Shown: in pieces, positions 27,442-35,919 of the stretch
Numbering within the stretch: the first letter of the stretch is position 1
Layout: the number at the start of each line of letters is the position of its first letter
NCBI GenBank assembly: GCA_003971905.1
Contig: RSEE01000023.1
Location: forward strand, 124,001-188,000
Length of the DNA stretch: 64,000 nt
Direction: 5' to 3'
Source of the DNA: Moniliella sp. 'wahieum'
Lineage: Eukaryota
The notes under the pieces: model-generated
Told to the model about the DNA's origin: nothing
The model's input: only the letters and a program-made list of their open reading frames with translations
The model's database searches: none
Program-made: the position numbers and the translations under genes

Positions 27442-29346
27442 ATGCTCGCGTCTCAGCTCGTCGTGCTCGCCTGTGCGGCCCTGGTTTCTGCGTCGCCCCT
27501 GCACAACCCCCAGATCGAACTCGATGCGCTGGGCAACATGGTCTGGGACCTGGACGCCACCCCGTTGGCTCCTCTGCCTCTCAGTCCGGGTTCGCCACCG
27601 CCTCCCAGTCTTGGCCGGCCCGACTTTTCCCGCCCGGCTCAGCAGGCAGAAGAGTTCGCGGAGATGATGGCTCGGATTGGGCAGATGCACGCTCCCACGA
27701 TGCAGTCCGCCTCGGCCAAGAAGAACTGGCTCACGATGGCCTCGAAGCTGGGCCAGGCCCAGCGTGTCGCTTCGGGTTCATTGTCCAGGGCCAGACGCAG
27801 GTGAGAAACGTAGTGTACAACCAAATCCTCCACCCGCTCTTCCCAGACTACGCTTTGCGCATCACGACCGACTCGAACGGCATCAACAACCTCCCCGACG
27901 CGACCAAGGAGGCCGTGCTGCACGCAAGGGGCAGTGGCGCCTTTTGTGACCCCAACGTCAAGTCCGTCTCGGGCTACCTTGATGTATCGGAGAATCGTCA
28001 TCTCTGGTTTATTTTTTTCGAGTCGCGTGGAAAGCCTGGATCGGACCCGCTGGTGGTGCGTCTACTTAGGTCTGCGTTGTTGTACAGATGAGAGAACATC
28101 AAGCTAACTCATACTCTACTCTCCTTCCCAGCTATGGCTAAACGGGGGTCCTGGCTGTTCCAGTTCGACCGGACTGTTATTTGAATTGGGCCCTTGCCGG
28201 ATTGCTAACGAGACAGGGGTGGAGGACAACCCCCACTCCTGGACCAATGTGGCCAACATGATCTTCCTCGACCAACCGCAACGAGTGTGGGCTATTCGTA
28301 CAGTGACGAGCCGGGTGTGATCAACAATACTCCCGAGGCGGCAGTGGACGTGTACGCGTTCCTCCAGCTCTTCTTTGCTAAGTTCCCTCAATACGCCATG
28401 CTGGACTTTAGTATCGCCGCCGAATCGTACGGCGGGATCTACGCCCCCCACTTCAGCAACTACATTTGGAAAAAGAACCAAGAGTTGCATGCGGCCACTT
28501 CGGTGACTACGACTACGCCCCAGCCGCTGCTGATCAAGCTCGAGAGCGTAATCATTGGTAACGGGCTGACGGCACCGGCGATTCAGTTTCCTGCGGTGGT
28601 GAACTTTGCCTGTGGAGCGGAAAACAAGTACCGCATGTTTGATCCCGACAGCCAGACCTGTTCGGACTTGGCCTCCAAGGCGGACCTTTGCGCTACGCTG
28701 ATCCAAGAGTGCTCCAAGTACGACTCGCCGTTGATTTGCACGCCAGCGGCGCTGGTCTGTTGGGCCGGGCTCTACTGGCCTCTGCAGCAGACAGGACTGA
28801 ACATATACGATGTCCGGCGCTCGTGCGACCGCTCACCCGAAAAGGATGGCCCACTGTGTTACAAGGAATTGGAGTACGTGCAATCCTACCTCCCGGGCGT
28901 CAAGGCATCGCTCGGCGTGCCGGACTCGGTCGAGTTCCAGAGCTGCAACATGAAGGTCAATGGCGCGTTCCTCCTGCACGGGGACAATATGCACGATGCG
29001 TCGGAACTGCTGCTGCCATTGGTGGAGGATGGGGTGCGGGTGTTGATCTATGCTGGCGTGACCGACGCGATGTGCCCGGCAATTGGGATCGAGTGGTGGG
29101 TAGCAAACTTTCCCTCGGTGCTGCAGGAAGAGTATGGCCCGCAACGACGAGAAGGAGTGGCAAGTGGGAGGAAAGTCAGTGGGCACGGTACGCGCTGCAA
29201 GCCACAAGAGGGGGTCCAAGTCGTTTGGCGATTTGGCCTATGTCAGTGTATGGAACGCAGGTCACATGGTCCCATTTGATGCGCCCCAAGCCGCGCTGGA
29301 CCTCTTCTCCCACTGGCTCCGTAACAAGCCGCTTTCCACTGCCTGA
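27442..29346 (+). CDS. Serine carboxypeptidase S10 (carboxypeptidase Y-like) preproprotein
   Basis: Signal peptide, [52 protein letters not shown] nucleophile motif, [15 protein letters not shown]. Intron at ~28056-28131. Confidence 0.92.
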
Positions 29347-29502
29347 GCGCGGCCGACGGGGGGCAGCGGTTCGGCCTGCACATAATGCTCACACCGCCTG
29401 TGCGCGGGCGTTGAGGTGCGCAATGCCGATGGTGGCAGTGCGTGGGGACACGTATGGATGCGAGGCTGGAGGTGGTGGTTGGTCTGGCGATGATCGATGA
29501 AG

Positions 29503-29812
29503 CTCACTGAGCCGAGAATCCATGTATTCCGCGGTGATTCTGTGCCCCCTCCGTGGTATGCCGTAGCTTGGATTCCGTGGCATACCGTGTTCATACCGTG
29601 TCTATACCGTGCCCATACCGTGCCCATACCGTGTTCATACCGTGCTCGTACCGTGTTCATACCGTGCTCGTACCGTGTTCATGCCGTGCTGGTACCGTGC
29701 TGGTACCGTACCTACTATACCGTGCTCGTACCATGCTCGTACCGTGCTCGTACCGTACCTATATCGTGTCCATACCGGGCCAATACCGTGCCTATACCGT
29801 GTTCATACCGTG
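29503..29812 (+). mobile_element. Solo left end of a CTCACTGA-terminated TIR transposon (TIR plus 11-bp subterminal array)
   Basis: CTCACTGAGCCGAGAATCCATGTATTCCGCGGTGATT... aligns with the left end at 30552 through TTGGATTCCGTGGCATACCGTG, followed by ~20 units of TACCGTGYYCR. Confidence 0.85.
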
Positions 29813-30239
29813 TTGACTTCAAGGCGAAGGAATTGATTATGACGCTGAGCTTGTACAAAGGCAACGGAGCTACCGACGGTGGCACCGTCTTCAAGCGCGT
29901 TGAGGTCAAGGCCAACAAAACTCATCAGAGTTATCGGATGGACCGCTGGGAAGTGCAGGGGGTGCCAGCTCTACTCAATCCCGAGTTTGAAAAAGCCGTC
30001 CCGCGTAACCCCCGGTGCCAACTACTTGGCAGATGCCGATGACGGTGATGGTGGAGGGATACAAGTACTACTGGCACATGGTCAGTGAGAGCTACTGCTC
30101 AAAGTGCTTGGACACGGGGCACTCTGCTGCCAAAGGAGGATGTCCTTGGTCAAACGAAGCTGAGGTGGTGGTTAAAGCGACATCGCCCCCGGCTCCGAAG
30201 CCCGCAGTCAAAAAGAAGCCTGCGAAAAAAGGCCCGTAA
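29813..30239 (+). pseudogene. 5'-truncated ORF with CCHC zinc-knuckle-like motif (gag/LINE ORF1-like fragment)
   Basis: ...MPMTVMVEGYKYYWHMVSESYCSKCLDTGHSAAKGGCPW... (C-x2-C-x4-H-x6-C), then a Lys/Pro-rich tail. Starts abruptly at the transposon-end junction. Confidence 0.45.
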
Positions 30240-30639
30240 AAGGAGGGGCGAAAGGACCCGTGCGGTGGCTGCGTGAACAATGAGCAATATGTCGCTTAAC
30301 TGGTTTTGTGCGAGGGAAGACGGGAGGGCCCACGACCCTACCAGACGCCCAACCGAGCAGACTCCAGATGAAGGAGAACACGAGGGCTGAGGGAGGCCCT
30401 CAGGATGGGCACTGTTGAAGGCTACAGGGAGCGGCTGCGTGGTGCACAATCGCGCTGACCTGCGAGCATACTGTCCCTTAGACGTTAAACACTTACAAAT
30501 ACCCTATCTTACTATACTACAAAAATATGGATAATGGTCATGCAGATCATGCTCACTGATCCGAGGCTCCAGGTATTCCGCGGTGATTCCGTACCCCTCC
30601 CGTGGTATTCAGTAGTATTCCGTAGTTTGGATTCCGTGG

Positions 30640-31008
30640 CATACCGTGCCCGTTCCGTACTTCTCCCGTACCACTTCCGTACCTCTTCCGTACCTCTTCC
30701 GTACCACTTCCGTGCCCGTTCCGTACCACTTCCGTACTTCTTCCGTACCACTTCCGTACCACTTCCGTGCCCATTTCGTACCACTTCCGTACTTCTTCCG
30801 TACCACTTCCGCACCACTTCCGTGCCCATTTCGTACCACTTCCGTACCACTTCCGTACCACTTCCGTACCCATTTCGTACCACTTCCGTACCACTTCCGT
30901 ACCCGTTCCGTGCGCGTTCCGTACCCGTTCCGTACCCGTTCCGTACCTCTTCCGTACCTCTTCCGTACCTCTTCCGTACCTCTTCCGTGCCCGTTCCGTG
31001 TTCATACT
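30640..31008. repeat. Left subterminal array of 11-bp units
   Basis: About 30 units of TACCACTTCCG / TACCTCTTCCG / TACCCGTTCCG / TGCCCATTTCG. Confidence 0.9.
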
Positions 31009-31719
31009 GTTGTATTCTATGGGATAAGTGCGCCCCTCCATCTTGAAAAAAAAGTGAGAACGAAATCCATAGACACACCACACAGGTTAGAATTTTTTTC
31101 AACCACGGAAACACCACAGAACTCCACGGGTTACCAAGGGTTACCACGGGTTACCACGGAATGGAAATGGCGTCCTAGGGTTACACTAGGGTTAGCTTAT
31201 AAGCCTTAGGGTTAGCTTATAATGCAATGTATCGGTACAGGGTTACATTGCTCAATACTTTGGGGGCCTATATGCGGCCCTCACTAGCCTCATTGGCAGT
31301 TGTGTTACTTTAGATCCTTTAGATATATGGGACATCTCTGTTGGGCTAATAGTGATTGTATTACTAAGGGTGCTACGGGAGGCAAGCAAGGCAAGGCAAT
31401 ACTGGTGGAGAAGATGCATCAGGCCTCAGGCCGTTAATCAGGGAAACGCAGCGTGAAGGCGCAACAGGAAGGGGCAGAACAGGCAGAATGGGGCCGCCTC
31501 GCGCGCAAGTTCCATCCACAGCAATCGATCGTACCGTTGCTTGATATCACAAATGGTGGCATGCTCCCTTTGACATGCTATCGGTAATTCTCACTGCGGA
31601 AGTACGGGTTAACATACCAAGCACATCAGAGGTTGATATATGATACCAACATGCATACCATGTAAGTCAGTGCCCAAGCATGTAAGTACCCACTTGTAGG
31701 AAGAGGTTAGTACCCAAGA

Positions 31720-31823
31720 AGCAGATCAGTACTCCCAGCAGGTCAGTACCAGCAGCAGGTCAGTATACCCAGCAGGTCAGTACACCCAACAGCAGGTCAG
31801 TACACCCAGCAGGTCAGTACACC
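31720..31823. repeat. Internal tandem repeat, ~17-bp period x6
   Basis: AGCAGGTCAGTA cores at 31720 (variant), 31737, 31754, 31771, 31791 and 31808. Confidence 0.85.
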
Positions 31824-32099
31824 TAGCAAAGACAGTACGGGGACGATTGGTTGGTCGCCACAGGACAGCAGGCATCAGTTGTTGAGATGCCGACAGATCT
31901 TTGGTTAGCACCTTACCCCAGTTTTGGTCTTCGGTTGGTCTGCAGGAAAGTGTGGAAATATTAGTGATAGGCATGTCGGGAAGGCGGTTGTTAGGGAAGA
32001 GGAGACCGGTGTGGAGGGGGGGAGGGGGGGGGGGGTATATATATCATTCAACTGTGAAAGGGGCGGTAAGAGGAGGACTGATGCAACAAGAGCAAAAGC

Positions 32100-33205
32100 A
32101 GTGTGGTTCTGGTGGGAAGGTGCACAGACCAGTAACGCCGACGCACGGACCCCCCACAGCTCAGCATATTAGCCCTGCGCTGTGCGTGTGGGAACAGCCC
32201 CTGGCAACCTCCGCAGCATACCCACACGCCACCGAGCTCCGAGAGCTCCTGGCGCCTCAAAGAGCTCTAAACGTACCATTTATTACGTCCCAACAGTCCT
32301 GCTGAGCCACCGGGTGGCCCGTGCTTTTGCCAACGTCCCTTCAGGTCCTCCTCAAGCCGGCCTAGGAGTTCCGTTTTGTTTCCTCCCTCCTGGTTGTCCT
32401 TGGTCCGCAGTTTTGCCCCTGGTGGCGACTCGCTGTCTGAAGCTTGATGCTCCTCTGTAGGGGTTGCTGGTTGACTTAGACCACCATCACCACCACCACC
32501 ATCAGTGCGATTGTATCACCCTCGAGGACCATCCAGACTCCAGGTTTCATCAAAAGTCCACCCATCCGAGGGCCGGCACATGTACGCTCCTGTGGAGTAT
32601 ATACTAGCCGTGTGCGATGCGGCAAAATGAGGCCCCGGGAACGTCCGCGGAGCTCCAAAGGAGTACATATCACCCTCTGGCCCTCATGATGGTCCACTCT
32701 CCACGTCTTCGCCAGGTTTTCCCCTCGGTCCTCTCCATCATCATGTCCGCCTCCTGGTCCGCCCCCTGGTCCGCCCCCTGGAGTCGTTTACTCTCTTCAG
32801 ACCACGGTAATGTACAACATCGCTGACGCTAAAGCACAGCAAGCACATCTATGGCAAGTGTGTCCGGCGAGCGAGCGTGCCGCCCTTGCGATATTGTTGG
32901 GCGCAAGAGGCATGGGGTGGGGTATATTGGCCAACGACACAATCCCTCTGAAATTTGCCCGCTGCTGGGCGACGGAAGCGATGATATTGATACCATCCAT
33001 TCTCCGTTGCGCATACCCGAAGACTGGGTCAACTGCAGAGTACACACGCACAAGAGCTTGAAGACCATGGGTCAGTCGCAAGCCAGAATTTTTTCAAGGC
33101 AGATACAGGATGGCCGACATTACCTCAACCTGAAAGCGCCTCTCATCATCATATGTGCCCTTCCTTTCATCCTGTTGAGCCCATGCACACCACCTTTCTC
33201 AATCT
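32100..33205 (-). pseudogene. 5'-truncated accessory ORF of the transposon
   Basis: KVVCMAQQDERKGTYDDERRFQVE-[GT..CTGAC..AG intron ~33123-33057]-ALVRVYSAVDPVFGYAQRRMDG...RGIVSLANI, then a Gly/Asp/Pro-rich low-complexity tail. Lies inside the TIRs. Confidence 0.45.
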
Positions 33206-33232
33206 GAGAAGAACGGTCTACGTGATCCAAGA

Positions 33233-34481
33233 TTGCCCATACATTTGGGTGCCGCCCATGTTGACCTTTTTAACGAGTTTCAGATGAAGTGTGCGTCCTC
33301 ATTCCCGAAACAGTTGTGTTTCTTATACTGATTGAATGAGCTAACCTTGAAACACAGGTCGATTAGGTTTCTTCCTTCTTCGTTTTGTAGTGGAGTGCCT
33401 CGTTCGATTGGTTCTGCTTGTAACAGCGGCATGCGCATGTTTGAGATTGCAGTCATATGAGTTGCATGCTTTATCCGTTCGTCAAGTTGCATTATCTGCC
33501 TCAGCAGATACTCGATCTGGGGAGCGTGATGCTTAGGCTGTTTGTCAACGGAAAATGTATGCTGCCGACGTCGAACGTCTCCGAACAACGGCCCTGCCAT
33601 TTTGTCAACGGTTTCACGACTTCACTGTTCCAAACGGTCTGAACGAAGAGATCAACCACATTCGATCTCGGTGCACAACACTCTTCATTGGGCTGACAAC
33701 ATGTGGAGATACGGCAATTGGCAGGCGATATGGACCGCCCCGGCAGAATGGGAACAGGGATGGTTGGGCCGCCATATCCGTTCGTTTACCAAACCGTATC
33801 CTGTCCTTGCTAACGAGGCGAGCAGGAGGAACCAGGATAACTTGGTTGGCATTCGCATGGATTCCATGCTCCCCCAAGCTATGACCACACTTTCGGTTGG
33901 GTTGAATCACAAACGAGAAGCTATTATTGATGGGCTCGATGGTGCAAGGGGGGATGCGGCGTTGCTGTGCTCGTTCAACATTGACCCTACCGCCCATTTA
34001 TCGATCTGGGCAGTAGCCGAGTGGGGGCCAAAAATGAGAACAGGCAACGTGTTCGAGGGCAACAGGGTCAGAATGCCTCGTCCCGTCTAGGACACTGTGT
34101 GCAACTACTCACAACAAATGCAGGCATTGTATAGCAATTGGCGCACGATGGGCACTTTTTCATGTTGATTGACTACTACATTGGGGTGGAGACCGATGAA
34201 GCGGGCTCCGAATACTACATTGTTGGTAGAACTCATCCGATTGATGCTGAAGGTAATGCGTCTCTACCACGCGATGAACAAGGCTTTCACAGAGCGACGT
34301 TCGCATCAGTAAACAACATTGTCGTCCCACTTGCCGACATTGGGTGGGTCATGGGACACATACCCTTGAGAAGGAAGTTCTGAGTTCGGATGCATTAGCA
34401 CGAATTGCAGCGGATGACGACGTTTCTGACGAGGAGGTTTGGATTTACCCTCACCCATTGGGTGCCGAACTTGGTGTCTGA
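33233..34481 (+). pseudogene. C-terminal half of an EnSpm/CACTA(CMC)-like DDE transposase
   Basis: Stitched: RFLPSSFCSGVPRSIG...DVERLRTTALPFCQRFHDF...ISVHNTLHWADNMWRYGNWQAIWTAPAEWEQGWLGRHIRSFTKPYPVLAN. This matches the EnSpm pattern LPSxF.R.PR ... HxxxH...G....WxxPxER..G.L. Intron at ~33292-33357. The N-terminal catalytic region is absent. Confidence 0.7.
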
Positions 34482-35279
34482 CAAAAAACACTATAAGTGT
34501 TGCGTGTGCCAAGGTACATTTTATTCCCGAGGAAAAGAGAAGGGAAAACAATATGCGTGCTGCCTTTGTTGGGTACTGTTTTGTTGGTGAAACGAAACGG
34601 AAATCAAATGGAGATCGGCATCAGAAATGCACAGTGGAACTGGAAGCTATCAAGCACTGGGATCGATCGAAGACGAAGGCTCACGAGCAGAAGCTGTTGG
34701 CATAGGTGCAAAAGAGACACGCAGAAGACTGCTATTGTAGGTGTATAAGGTGCTAAGCGCTCTTAGCCTTGAAAAGGATTGAGTGAGAGTGCTGCTGCCC
34801 TTTTGCACTCTACCATTTTTTCTCCAAGCCCAACGCCGGGCTAACGATTCTTCTTCCGAGTGTGCTCCCAAGTCGCACGCTCGCAAGTGTCAGTGTTGGC
34901 GAAGGGGGAACGGTGGCTAAGGTGGCGAAGGTTCCACGGTGGCTACGGTGGCGACCAAGCACCAGCTGGGGCTTCGCGTCGGCCCGGTGGTCTCCTTGTG
35001 GGTGATAAAATCCTCCAGCGTGGAACGGTGGGCCGGTGGCTACGGTGGCGAGCAAGCACCAAGCACCAAGCTGGGGCGAAGCCCCAGCTGGCCGGGCCGT
35101 AGGCCCGGTGGTCTTCTAGTGAAATTTCATTACTTGATTGCCAGGTCGAAATTTTTGCACGCTCGCAAGTGTTGCTCTTTCTCAACATTTCATTGCAGTA
35201 ATGAAATTTGATTACCGATTGCCAGGTCGAGATTTTTGAGCCTGACTCTTTCCTTGAATTTCTAGCCGCCTCGCAAAAC

Positions 35280-35460
35280 CCACCACGGAACACTCCGACA
35301 TACCGCGACATGGCACGACATGTCGCGGACTACCACCACATGTCGCGGAATACCACGGAACACCACAACATACCACGGAACGAAAAAAAGATCAAGACCC
35401 GATGGCCACGAAATGACACGGATTCACCACGACATACACGACATACCACGACATACTACG
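35280..35460. repeat. Right subterminal array of ~10-bp units
   Basis: Repeated ATACCACGGA / ACATACCACG / ACACCACGGA-like units, in inverted orientation to the TCCGTGGTAT units of the left end. Confidence 0.75.
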
Positions 35461-35519
35461 GAATACCACGGAAGGGGTACGGAATTACCGCGGAATACCT
35501 GGAGCCTCGGCTCAGTGAG

Positions 35520-35724
35520 GATCATGTTCTCTGGATATACGGGGCCATCAAAATAGTGTAAAAGAGCCCTGCATAGTAGTAAGTCCATCTAATCCACGGC
35601 ACAACAACTGTAACAGAGAAAAAGGAGTAGCCTGATCTGTGGCTGTTTCCACTACTAAGATCATGTTCTCTGCATATACTCGGGACCATCGAAAATAGTG
35701 TAAAAGAGCCCTGCATACTAGTAT
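35520..35724. repeat. Diverged ~62-bp direct repeat, 139-bp spacing
   Basis: GATCATGTTCTCTG.ATATAC..GG.CCATC.AAAATAGTGTAAAAGAGCCCTGCATA.TAGTA at 35520 and 35659. Confidence 0.85.
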
Positions 35725-35919
35725 ACAAGTGAGCCAATAGGTTCAACTTCATCAACCACATCAAGATGCATTGTATTATTATCGTGGTTCTCAAAGCTAA
35801 TGACCGTGCATGCCTCAGTGCGGACTGGTATATACAGAGTAACTACAATCCCAGTGTGGCGTCCTTCTTTCTCGTCCGACCTCGACAATCACAAAGAGGC
35901 GGAGAGGAGAAATACTTGT

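Larger units (their letters stand above)
30552..35519 (+). mobile_element. Internally deleted EnSpm/CACTA-like TIR DNA transposon, 4,968 bp, 7-bp TSD GATCATG
   Basis: 67-bp TIRs at 30552-30618 and 35453-35519 (4 mismatches). Direct repeat GATCATG at 30545-30551 and 35520-35526. Subterminal 10-11-bp arrays, lower GC than host genes, internal transposase remnant. Confidence 0.9.

Noticed and set aside
30082..30089. TCAGTGAG as right end for the solo left TIR
   Set aside because: Only 8 bp match, no further TIR similarity, and it is not followed by GATGAAG.
30640..31008. CRISPR-like appearance of the repeat arrays (also 25814-25890 and 31720-31823)
   Set aside because: No unique spacers, no cas genes, eukaryotic context.
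30534..31209. Long ORFs on both strands over the subterminal arrays (also 29497-29836 and 35208-35561)
   Set aside because: They are stop-free by-products of the 10-11-bp repeats and TIRs, not credible proteins.
30554..35517. Canonical CACTG termini with a 2-3-bp TSD
   Set aside because: The adjacent bases CT and AG are inverted rather than direct repeats, and CT precedes CACTG in both left ends, so they belong to the TIR.
30547..35524. PIF/Harbinger interpretation with a 3-bp TCA TSD
   Set aside because: It would make the termini TG/TC/AG, which are inconsistent among the three ends. CTCACTGA is invariant and the 7-bp direct repeat is exact. The transposase motifs are EnSpm-like.
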